A stretch of 64,000 nucleotides of DNA from Mobula hypostoma (lineage: Eukaryota), in contig NC_086109.1 in the NCBI RefSeq assembly GCF_963921235.1, positions 806,001-870,000 of the forward strand, given 5' to 3'. Shown one piece after another: positions 39,755 through 51,584 of the stretch. Under the pieces are notes generated by a model. It saw nothing but the letters and a program-made list of their open reading frames with translations. It searched no databases and was not told where the DNA came from. A program made the translations under genes and the position numbers. The first letter of the stretch is position 1. Each line of letters opens with the position of its first letter.

Positions 39755-42700
39755 GTTTCACAAGGGTAATGGGGATAATCCAGGAATCCATAGACTGGTG
39801 AGTATTAAGTCTGTGGTTGAAAAGTTACTAACTTGACTGAGGTTTTCAAGGAGATGACGAAGGTGATTTATGAAACTGTGGAAGTTATTTATTTAGATTT
39901 TATTAAGGCTTTTCACAAGGTCCTTCATCGGAGATTCATCCAGAAGATTAAGATGCATGGGATCTACGATGATGAAGCTGTTTGGCTTCAGAGGATGGTG
40001 GTCAATGGAACCTGGAGGTCTGTGACCAACGGTGTTCCACAGGAATACGTACTGGGACCTTTGCAGTTTGTGATACATAGAACAGTACATACAGGAATAG
40101 GGCACCTAGCCCGCAATGTTGTGCTGAACCACCTAAGAACCAGATCAAAAACACTCTAACACTAATCCCTCCTACCTACACCATGTCCATATCCCTCCAT
40201 CTTCCTTACACCTATGTGCCTAACCAATCGTCTCTTAAAAGCCTTTAATATATTTTCCTCTACCACCACAGCGAGCAATGCATTCCAGGCGTCCACCACT
40301 CTCTGAATAAAAACTTTACGTCTCACATCCCCCTTGAACCTACCTCCTTTCACCTTCAATACATGCCCTCTGGTATTAGACATTTCAACCTTGGGAAATA
40401 GATATTCTCTGTACACTCTACCTATGCCTCTCATAATCGTGTAAACCTCTTCAGATTTCCTCTCAGTCTCTGATGCTGCAGAGAAAACAACCCAGGTTTA
40501 TCCAGCACCTTGTGACAGCACATGCCCTGTAAACCAGGCCACATCCTAGTAAACCTCTTCTGCACCTTCTCCAAAGCATCAACATCCCTTCTAGAGTGTA
40601 TGCGATACTCCAGATGTGGCCTAACCAGAGTGTTATAACTTTGCAACATAACCTCCTGACTTTTGAACTCAGTGCCTCAACTAATAAAAGCAAGCCCTTT
40701 TTCGGCAGCTCGGGGGAGAGGAGCATGTGTTGGTATCAGAGCACTGCAAAAGTCAGGAGAAAGAGAATAAAAGAAGCAGATTTGGGTAAGGCCAGTCATT
40801 TTGGGCTGCGCAGGCATGGAAAGTGTTGGTGTTAGAGGCCTACTGAAGTTTGGAGTGCAAGTATAAAAAGAGCAGACGTCAATAAAGTTGGTCTTTTTTC
40901 AGCAGCTCAGGTGTGAGGAGAGTGTGTCGGTGTCAGAGCCCTATGGAAGTCAAGAAAGAGAGAATAAAGGAGCAGACATGAGGAAATCTGCAGAAGCTGG
41001 AATTTCAAGCAACACACATAAAAGTTACTGGTGAACACAGCAGGCCAGGCAGCATCTCTAAGAAGAGGTACAGTCGATGTTTCGGGCCGAGACCCTTCAT
41101 CAGGACTAACTGAAAAATAAAGGAGCAGATCTAGGCAAGGCCAATCTTGGGCTGCGCAGACATGGAAAGCGTTGGCATCAGAGGCCTCACCTCGGCTGCA
41201 AATATAAGGAGGGTAGGCTCAAGCAAAGCAGACATTGTCTGAGTGTGTCTGTGACAGGCTTTGCCTTAACAGATTTGTGCATGAACAGTTAAGAAGAGGC
41301 AAGCCTTTTTCTTTGTTAGTATGGAGTAGTCAGGATGGAATGCTCCTCCTGTCAGATGTGGGAATTTAGAATACCTGATGGTTTCCCTACTGACTACATC
41401 TATGTGAAGTGTGCGCAACTTCAGCTCCTGACTAACCAGATCAAGGACATGGATCTACTAAGGATCATTTGGGAAGATGAAGATATTACAGATGAGACTT
41501 TTGAAGAGGTGGTCACACCCTGAGTACAAGCTTCAGAAAGCAAGTGAGTGACCACCAGAAGAGGTAAGGGAATTAAGAAGACTCTGCATGGTTCCCCTAC
41601 AGCCATTGCTCTCAGCAACAAGTATAGCTTTTTGGATACTGCTGGGGGAGAGGGATGACCCATCAGAACACAGCAGCAGCTGCCAGGCTAGTGCACTATG
41701 GCCAGCCTGAGGCTCGAAAGGGAAGGGTGAAGTTGGGCAGAGCAGTAGTTATAGGGGACTCGATAGTTAGAGAAACAGAAAAAAGATTTTGTGGCTGCAA
41801 AGAAGACACCAGGATGGTCACTCCATCCTGACAAAGGGTCTTGGCCCGAAACGTCGACTGCATTTCTTCCTATGGATGCTACCTAGCCTGCTGCATTCCA
41901 CCAGCATTTTGTGTATGTTACCAGGATGGTGTGTTGCCTCACAGGTGCTAGGGTCCATGATGTGTCGGAGTGGCTGCAGGATGTTCTCAAGGGGGAGGGA
42001 GAACAGCCAGAGGATGTGGTGTATATAGGCACCAGTGACATAGGCAGAAAAGTGAAAGAGGTCCTGTGCAGTGAGTATATAGAGTTTGGAAAGAGGCTGA
42101 AGAGAAGGCCCTCCAAGGTTGTAACCTCCGGATTACTCCTTGTGCCACGGGCTACAGCAGGTAGGGATGAGGTGATGGCACAGAAAAATGAGTGGCTGCA
42201 GAGATGGTGCAGGCAACAAGGTTTTGAATTCTTGGATCATTGGAACCTTTCATGGGGAAAGGGTGAACTGTTCAAAAGGGACAGGTTGCAACTGAACTGG
42301 CAGGGTGGGGGGGTGGGATCCAATATCTTGGCACAAGGTTTGCTGTTGCTACTTGGGGGAGTTTAAACTAGCTTTGCAGGGGGCTGGGAGCCCCCAGTAA
42401 GGGAAGGATCAAACCCAGTAAAGTACTCAAAGGCAAAACTGAAATAGCAGACAAGGTGAAGGAGAATCCTGGGAGATTCTACAGATATGTTAAGAGCAAA
42501 AGAATTGCAAGGGACAAAATTGGTTATCTGGATGATCACTATCGTAATCCATGTGTGGAGCTGAAAGAAATGGGAGTGATCTTAAATGCACTTTTTTTAT
42601 CTGCATTTACTCAGATGGACACAGTCTATAGATGTACAACAAAACGGCATCAACTTCATGGATCCTACACAGGTTACAGGAGGGGGTGTTTGCTGTCCCG

Positions 42701-43007
42701 AGGCAAATTAAGATGGATAAATCCCCGGGTCCTAACAAGGTGTTCCAAGACCCTACGTGAGACATGTGCAGAAATTGCTGGGGCCCCAGCATTAAATCAT
42801 ACTTAGCAACAGGAGAGGTACCAGAGGATTGGAAGATAGCCTATGTCGTTTTGCTGTTAAGGAAAGCTCGAAAAATAAACCAGGAAATTATAGGTAGGAG
42901 ATTCTGACGTCAGTAGTGGGAAAGATATTGGAAGATATTCTAAGACCAGATATATGAGTATTTGGATAGACATGGACTGATTAAGGATGGCTTCATACAT
43001 GGTAGGT
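39755..43007. mobile_element. CR1 fragments, including a 5'UTR+ORF1 copy (~40698-42440, plus) and the RT fragment hosting the hAT pair (~42450-43007)
   Basis: MECSSCQMWE..YVKCAQLQLL (ORF1 zinc-finger/leucine zipper), esterase segment, KENPGRFYRYVKSKR; ~200-bp duplicated 5'UTR unit. Confidence 0.8.
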
Positions 43008-46000
43008 CAGGGATCCCCAACCTTTTTTGCACGGCAGACCGGTTTAATATTGACAACATTCTTGCGGATCGGCTGACGGGGGGTGGGGGGGGTGCGGGGT
43101 ATTAATTACAACCGGAATATATGTGATAGGCTTTTGGATCGGGACTACAGAGCGGCGTGGGAGCTGAATTCTGAAGGAAGGCAGTTTTTTTAAAAACTTC
43201 TTCGAGTGCATGAAGGACGAGACTGCGCAGGCATGTGACGTAACAGGACAGCGCGGAGAGTTTAAAAAGGAGACCACCCTATGCAGCAGGCAGCTGTCGG
43301 AGCGGGCAGCGGAGTGAGCGGTAGCAGAGCGTAGAGCTTTGGCTTCAACGGGCTTCGGCGGTAAACGGGTAGAGGCGAGAGCGAAGTACAAACTCTTTTT
43401 TTCTCCCCCCTCCTTTCGTGAATCGGCCCTGACAGACAGGAACAGCAGGGCTCTCACAGATAACGGTACAAGCTAATGGTTTAAAAAGTTCCTCTGTTTG
43501 GTGAGGTAAGTGGGTGAGTAGACTTATTTTTCCTGTTTCATTCCTGTAGAATTAGATAGCATGCCTGCAGGGTTAGTGCTTTGTTCACAGTGTCAGATGT
43601 GGGAATCCTGGGAGACCTCCAGCCTCCCTGATGGCCACATCTGCACCAGGTGCACCGAGATGCAGCTCCTCAGAGACCGTGTTAGGGATCTGGAGCTGCA
43701 GCTTGATGACCTACTGCTTATCAGGGAAAGTGAAGAGGTGATAGACAGGAGCTACAGGGGTCAGAAAACTGGGTCACTGTCAAGAGAGGGAAGGGAAATG
43801 CCCGGATAGTGGAGAGCACACATGTGGCTGTCCCCCTGAGCAATAAATATCTTGTTCTAGATGCTGTTGAGGGGGATGACCTGACAGGGGATGCCCACGG
43901 TGACCGGGTCTCTGGCACTGAGCCTGGTGCTGTTGTGCAGGAGGGAAGGAGGGAGAGAGGAATGCGGTAGTCGTAGGGGATTCCATAGTTAGGGGAATGG
44001 ACAGGAGATTCTGTGAGCCTGATAGAGATACCCGCATGGTGTGTTGCCTCCCAGATGCCAGGGTACGGGATGTCTCGGATCGGGTCCAGAATATTCTGAA
44101 GGGGGAGAGCGAGCAGCCAGTTGTCTTGGTACATGTTGGTACCAATGACATAGATAGGACAAGGGAGGAGGTCCAGAAGAGATTTCTGGGAGTTAGGAAG
44201 GAAGCTGAGAAGCAGGACCTCCAGGGTAGTAATCTCGGGATTGCTACCTGTGCCACGTGCTAGCAAGGGCAAGAATAGTAGGATCAGGCAGATGAATGCA
44301 TGGCTGAGAGACTGGTGCAGGGGGCAGTGTTTCAGATTCTTGGATCATTGGGATCTCTTCTGGGGAAAGTATGACCTGTTCAAAAGGGACAGGTTACACC
44401 TGAACACGAAGGGGACCAATATCCTGGCGGGTAAGTTTGATAGAGCTGTTAGGAAGGGTTGAAACTAATTTGGCGGGGGGATGGGAACCGGAACGATCGA
44501 GCGGAAGAAGGGGAAAACTGAAATAAATCTAAGATAGTGAGCAGTAGAGACGTCAGGAAAGACAGGCAGGCGATGGGGAAAATTTGTAGCCATTGGGATG
44601 GGTTGCAGTGCAATGAAGTTACAGTGAAATCAAAGCGAAAAGTACCAAATACTGGTCTTAAGGTGTTATACTTAAATGCACGCAGCATAAGGAATAAGGT
44701 GGATGGTCTTGTCGTACAGCTACAGATTGGCAAGTATGATATTGTGGCCATCACTGAGATGTGGCTAAAGGATGCATGTCTCTGGGAGTTGAAGGTCCAT
44801 GGATACACGGTGTATCGGAAGGATAGGAAGGTAGGTAGAGGAGGAGGCGTGGCTTTATTGGTAAGAAATGATATTAAATCATTAGAAAGAGGTGATATAG
44901 GATCGGAAGGCGCAGAATCTTTATGGGTTGAGCTAAGAAATCGCAGGGGTAAAAGGACCCTGATGGCAGTTATTTATAGGCCTCCAAACAGCTGCAGTGA
45001 TGTGGACTACAAATTACAACAGGAGATAGAAAAGGCTTGTCAGAAGGGCAGTGTTATGATAATTGTGGGGGATTTTAACATGCGAGTGGATTGGGAAAAT
45101 CAGGTCGGCACTGGATCTCAAGAGAGAGAATTTGTAGAATGTCTGCGAGATGGCTTGTTAGAACAGCTTGTTATTGAGCCCACTAGGGGATCGGCTGTAC
45201 TGGATTGGGTATTGTGTAATGAACCGGAGGTGATTAGAGAGATTGAGGTGAAGTAACCCTTAGGAGGCAGTGACCATAACATGATTGAGCTCACTGTGAA
45301 ATTTGAAAAAGAGAAGCCGAAATCCGATGTGTCAGTATTTCAGTGGAGTAAAAGAAATTACAGTGGCATGAGAGAGGAACTGGCCAATGTTGACTGGAAA
45401 GGGACACTGGCAGGAAAGACAGCACAGCAGGCTGGAGTTCATGCGAGAAGTGAGGAAAGTGCAAGACAGGTATATACCAAAAAAGAAGAAATTTTCAAAT
45501 AGAAAAAGGATGCAACCGTGGTTGACTAGAGAAGTCAAAGCCAATGTTAAAGCAAAGGAGAGGGCATACAAGGAAGCAAAAATTAGTGGGAAGACAGAGG
45601 ATTGAGAAGTTTTCAAAAGCTTACAAAAGGAAACTAAGGTCATTAAGAGGGAAAAGATTAACTATGAAAGGAAGCTAGCAGATAATATCAAAGAGGATAC
45701 TAAAAGCTTTTTCAAGTATATAAAGAGTAAAAGACAGGTGAGAGTAGATATAGGACCGATAGAAAATGATGCTGGAGAAATTGTAATGGGAGATAAGGAG
45801 ATGACGGAGGAACTGAACGAGTATTTTGCATCAGTCTTCACTGAGGAAGACATCAGCAGTATACTGGACACTCAAGGGTGGCAGGGAAGAAAAGTATGAG
45901 CAGTCACAATTACGACAGAGAAAGTACTCAGGAAGCTGAATAGGCTAAAGGTAGATAAATCTCCCGGACCAGATGGAATGCACCCTCGTGTTCTGAAGGA

Positions 46001-49000
46001 AATAGCTGTGGAGATTGCCGAGGCATTGGCGATGATCTTTCAAAAGTCGATAGATTCTGGCATGGTTCCAGAAGACTGGAAGATTGCAAATGCCACTCCG
46101 CTATTTAAGAAGGGGGCAAGGAAGCAAAAAGGAAATTATAGACCTGCTAGCTTGACATCGTGGTTGGGAAGTTGTTGGAGTCAATTGTCAAGGATGAGGT
46201 TACAGTGTACCTGGAGGCATATGACAAGATAGGCAGAACTCAGCGTGGTTTCCTTAAAGGAAAATCCTGCCTGACAAACCTATTACAATTTTTTGAGGAA
46301 ATTACAAGTAGGCTAGACAAGGGAGATGCAGTGGATGTTGTATATTTGTATTTTCAGAAGGCCTTTGACAAGGTACCACACATGAGGCTACTTAACAAGA
46401 TAAGAGCCCATGGAATTACGGGAAAGTTACATACGTGGCTAGAGCGTTGGCTGATTGGCAGGAAACAGAGAGTGGGAATAAAGGGACCCTATTCTGGTTG
46501 GTTGCTGGTTACCAGTGGTGTTCCACAGGAGTCCGTGCTGGGGCCGTTTCTTTTTACATTGTACATCAACGATTTGGATTACGGAATAGATGGCTTTGTG
46601 GCTAAGTTTGCTGACGATACGAAGATAGGTGGAGAGGCCAGTAGTGCTGAGGAAACAAGGAGTCTGCAGAGAGGCTTGGATAGATTGGAAGAATGGGCAA
46701 AGAAGTGACAAATGAAATACAATGTTGGAAAGTGTATGGTTTTGCACTTTGGCAGAAGAAATAAAAGGGCAGACTATTATTTAAATGAGGAGAGAATTCA
46801 AAGTTCTGAGATGCAATGGGATTTGGGAGTCCTCGTACAGGATACCCTCAAGGTTAACCTCCAGGTTGAGTCAGTGGTGAAGAAGGCGAATGCAATGTTG
46901 GCATTCATTTCTAGAGGAACAGAGTATGGGAGCAGGGATGTGATGTTGAGGCTCTATAAGGTGCTGGTGAGACCTCACTTGGAGTACCGTGGGCAGTTTT
47001 GGTCTCCTTACTTAAGAAAGGATGTGCTGACGTTGGAGAGGGTATAGAGAAGATTCACTAGAATGATTCGGGGAATGAGAGGGTTAACATATGAGGAACG
47101 TTTGTCCGCTCTTGGACTGTATTCCTTGGAGTTTAGAAAAATGAGGGGAGACCTCATAGAAACATTTCGAATGTTGAAAGGCATGGACAGAGTTGATGTG
47201 GCAAAGTTGTTTCCCATGATGGGGGAGTCTAGTACGAGAGGGCATGACTTAAGGATTGAAGGGCGCCCATTCAGAACAGAAATGCGAAGAAATTTTTTTA
47301 GTCAGAGGGTGGTGAATCTGTGGAATTTGTTGCCACGGGCAGCAGTGGAGGCCAACTCATTGAGTGTATTTAAGGCAGAGATTGATAGGTATCTGAGTAG
47401 CCAGGGCATCAAAGGTTATGGTGAGAAGGCAGGGGAGAGGGACTAAATGGGAGAATGGATCAGCTCATGATAAAATGGTGGAGCAGACTTGATGGGCCAA
47501 ATGTCCGACTTCTGCTCCTTTGTCTTATGGTCTTATAGTCTTATGGTCTTATGATAAGTCAACTATAAGCCACTTATCAGTGGCTAATACACTCAATTTC
47601 GTTTCTGAAAGGGTTTATCTAACGAATTTAATATTAAACATACTGTGCATATTTTCCTTGCATGAATATAGTGATAAGTCAATTATAAGGGGGTTCCTTA
47701 TGTCCAGTCTATTCCATATTTAGTTTTCTTTGCATTCATTGCAGAAAACTCCGTTTCACAGGGAAATGATGTTGGAAATGGAAGCAACGTTTTCAGTGCT
47801 TTCGTGGCTATCTCACGATATTCAGCCTTGACTTTGATCCAGAATGCCGGCAGAGATGTTATGTCAAACATATTTTTCAGCCCACCGTCATTTACAAGCT
47901 CAAGGAGTTGATCTTCTCGCACTGACATGCATAATTCACCAAGGACATTCACAAATGGATCACGGACCCATTCCTTCGCACGTCTTGGGTCATTTGCAGT
48001 TGGGAAGTAATGCTCGAATTCTGTCGACAGCGAAGGTAGGTGATCACACACCAGCTGTGAGAAGGACGGTGCAGCCTCAGTCTCTCCCAAACTCCCAGAT
48101 AATGTTGGGAACATGTCAAATATGCCCCTGTGCACTCGCCGTCCCCACAGTTCCAGTTTGGCTGTGAAAGCAGACACTTTATCTGCCAACTTGAAGACAG
48201 CTGTCATTCTTCCCTGAAGTGACAAATTGAGTTCATTGAGCAGGTTGAAGATGTCATACAGATCAGCAAGTTTTGCTATCCACTCCTCGTCACTGAAGTG
48301 TGCTGCCAGTGGTGACTTTTTTCCTGAAAGAAATCTCTGTAGCTGCTCTCTTATCTCAAAAACCCTAGCCAGGGCTCTCCCCCTTGATAGCCACCTGACC
48401 TCAGTGTGTAAGAGAAGGCGTTTGTGCTCTGCATCCATTTCCTCGCAAAGCTGCTCAAACAGACGTGAGTTCAGGGCTTTTGCTTTGATATGATTGATAA
48501 CTTTACAACGTCACTCAATACGCTGTTAAGATCAGGTGACATTTTTCGGCTAGCCAGCATTTCACTGTGTGTCACACAGTGTGTAGACTGGCATTCAAGA
48601 GCAACCTCTTTGACTCGGGTAGTGAAACCAGACTCGTTAAGCCGTTCCAACAGTTGTGCTTCGATGTCCTCCGCTATGTCATCGATTCCCCTTGAAACTG
48701 TGGTAGCTGAAAGAGAAACCTGTGCCATCTTGTTAGCTGCAGCTTCTCCCAACAGTTCACGGCACATGTCCTTGACAGCAGGCAGAATCAATTCTTCACC
48801 AACAGTGAAAGGCTTCTTAGCTTTAGCAATACAGCTAGCCACTAAGTACGACGCTCTCAGAGCAGCAGCATTTGTGGAGGTGATGGCTCTCAGCACTTGC
48901 TTCTGTTCCGCTTGCTCACGTTTTTTCCGCTCAAAAAACTCAATGAGTTTGTCTTTAAGTGCAGGGTGCTTGGACTCAAGGTGCCGGAGCAGGTTTGAGG

Positions 49001-49420
49001 GCTTCATTGCTTCATTAGACAGCTTGTCTCCACATATCACACACAGGGGGCTTGGAGCGTGCGAGTCACCGGTCACAATAAAGCCTTATTTTATGTACGA
49101 CCCGTCGTATTTTCTGTTGAAGGAAGCTTTCTTTTTTTTTGCAGTCTCGGCCTCAGCTGTCTCTGTGTGATCATCATCATTAGGCCTTTTATGTCCCCTA
49201 CCACCTCTTCCAAAGAAACTCTCAAGCGATGTTTATTTATCACTCATCGAGTGGTTGCAGGTTAATGACCGACTGATGTCCTGGTGTGCGTTCAAGTTCA
49301 ACAGTGGGCGTGACAGGGAATGAGGAAAGGTGCAGTTGACTCATATTGTTTTCTCGCGGCCCGGTAGCACATGCTTTTCAGCCCGGTACCAGTCCGTGGC
49401 CCGGTGGTTGGGGACCACTG
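43008..49420 (-). mobile_element. hAT (Buster/Charlie-like) transposon copy 1, internally deleted and split by a CR1 insertion
   Basis: Termini cagggatccccaacc (43008) and ggttggggaccactg (49420); 8-bp TSD tggtaggt (43000-43007)/tggtcggt (49421-49428); BED finger CVICGDKLSNEAMKPSNLLRHL, HTEVRWLSRG, LLPFPTSFPCE. Confidence 0.92.
43129..47551 (+). mobile_element. Full-length (~4.4 kb) CR1 LINE, disabled by a few stops and frameshifts
   Basis: CpG-rich 5'UTR; ORF1 from ATG 43561 (CSQCQMWE..HICTRC zf/LZ plus SGNH esterase); ORF2 EN and RT (FADD); tail (tcttatgg)n; tgata duplicated at 43124-43128 and 47552-47556. Confidence 0.93.
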
Positions 49421-49510
49421 TGGTCGGTCATGTCTAACCAATTCTATGGATTTTTTCAAGGAGGTTACCAGGAAAGTTGATGAAGGCAAGGCAGTGGCTG
49501 TTGTCTACAT

Positions 49511-51494
49511 CTGTGGTCCCCAACCACCGGGCCACAAAGCATGTGCTACCGGCCCGCAAGGAAACGATATGATTTGGTGATATGAAACAACATGATTTGG
49601 CAATATGAAACGATATGAGTCAGCTGCACCTTTCCTCATTCCCTGTCACGCCCACTTTTGAACTTGAACGCACACAAGTCCATCAGTCGGTCATTAACCA
49701 GCAGCCACTCGATGAGTAAAAAACAAATGTCGCTTTAGAGTTTCTTTGGAAGAGATGGTAGGGGACATAAAAGGCCTAACGATGATGATCACGCAGAGGC
49801 AGCTGAGGCCGAGACTGCAAAAAAAAAGAAAGATTCCTGCAACAGAAAATACGACGAGTCATACATAAAATAAGGCTTTATTGTGACCGGTGACTCGCAT
49901 GCTCCAAGCCCCCTGTGTGTGATATGTGGAGACAAACTGTCTAATGAAGCAATGAAGCCGTCAAAACTGCTCCGGCACCTTGAGTCCAAGCACCCTGCAC
50001 TTAAAGACAAACCCGCTGAGTTTTTTGAGCAGAAAAAAACGTGAGCAAGCAGAACAGAAGCAAGTGCTGAGAGCCACCATCTCCACAAATGCTGCTGCTC
50101 TGAGAGCGTCGTACTTAGTGGCTAGCCGTATTGCTAAAGCTAAGAAGCCTTTCACTGTTGGTGAAGAATTGATTCTGCCTGCTGTCAAGGACATGTGCCG
50201 TGAACTGGTGGGAGAAGCTACAGCTAACAAGATGGCACAGATTTCCCTTTCAGCTACCACAGTTTCAAGGGGAATTGATGACATAGCGGAGGACATTGAA
50301 GCACAACTGTTGGAACGGCTTAATGAGTCTGGTTTCACTACCCGAGTCAAAGAGGTTGCTCTTGAATGCCAGTCTACACACTATGTGACACACAGTGAAA
50401 TGCTGGCTAGCCGAAAAATGTCACCTGATCTTAAGTGTATTGAAGTTATCAATCATGTCAAAGCAAAAGCCCTGAACTCACATCTGTTTGAGCAGCTTTG
50501 CAAGGAAATGGATGCAGAGCACAAACGCCTTCTCTTACACACTGAAGTCAGGTGGCTATCAAGGGGGAGAGCACTGGCCAGGGTTTTTGAGATAAGAGAG
50601 CAGCTACAGAGATTTCTTTCAGGAAAAAAGTCACCACTGGCAGCACACTTCAGTGATGAGGAGTGGATAGCAAAACTCGCTTATCTGTGTGACATCTTCA
50701 ACCTGCTCAATGAACTCAATTTGTCACTTCAGGGGAGAATGACAACTGTCTTCAAGTTGGCAGATAAAGTGTCTGCTTTCACAGCCAAACTGGAACTGTG
50801 GGGACGGCGAGTGCACAGGGGCATATTTGACATGTTCCCAACATTATCGGGAGTTTGGGAGAGACTGAGGCTGCACCGTCCTTCTCACAGCTGGTGTGTG
50901 ATCACCTATCTTCGCTGTCGACAGAATTCGAGCATTACTTCCCAACCAGAAATGACCCAAGATGTGCGAAGGAATGGGTCCGCGACCCATTTGTGAATGT
51001 CCTTGGTGAATTATCCATGTCAGCGTGGGAAGAAGATCAACTCCTCGAGCTTGCAAATGACGGTGGGCTGAAAAGTATGTTTGACATAACATCTCTGCCG
51101 GCATTCTGGATCAAAGTCAGGGCTGAATATCCTGAGATAGCCACGAAAGCACTGAAAACGTTGCTTCCATTTCCAACATCATTTCTCTGCGAAGCGGAGT
51201 TTTCTGCAATGAATGCAACGAAAACTAAATTGCGGACATAAGGAACCCCCTTATAATTGACTTATCACTATATTCATGCGAGGAGAATATGCGCTGTGTG
51301 TTTAATATTAAAATCGTTAGATAAACCCTTTTAGAAATGAAATTGAGTGTATTAGCCACTGATAAGTGACTTATAGTTGACTTATCACCTATATTCCAGT
51401 TGTGATTAAACACCACCCCCCCGCCCCAGCCGGTCCGCAAGAATATTGTCAATATTAAACCGGTCTGCGGTGCAAAAAGGGTTGTGGACCCCTG
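49511..51494 (+). mobile_element. hAT (Buster/Charlie-like) transposon copy 2, internally deleted
   Basis: Termini ctgtggtccccaacc and gggttgtggacccctg; TSD gtctacat (49503-49510)/gtctacaa (51495-51502); transposase remnants in ORFs 49980-50996 and 50855-51241. Confidence 0.92.
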
Positions 51495-51584
51495 GTCTAC
51501 AAGGCATTTGTCAAGGTCCTGCATGGGAGGTTGTTCAAGAAGGTTCAGTTGCTCAGTATTCAAGATGAGGTTGTGAATTGGGAT

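Noticed and set aside
49980..51241. Domesticated ZBED5/SCAND3-like gene
   Set aside because: Has TIRs and a TSD, stops, frameshifts and no catalytic core; it is a transposon relic
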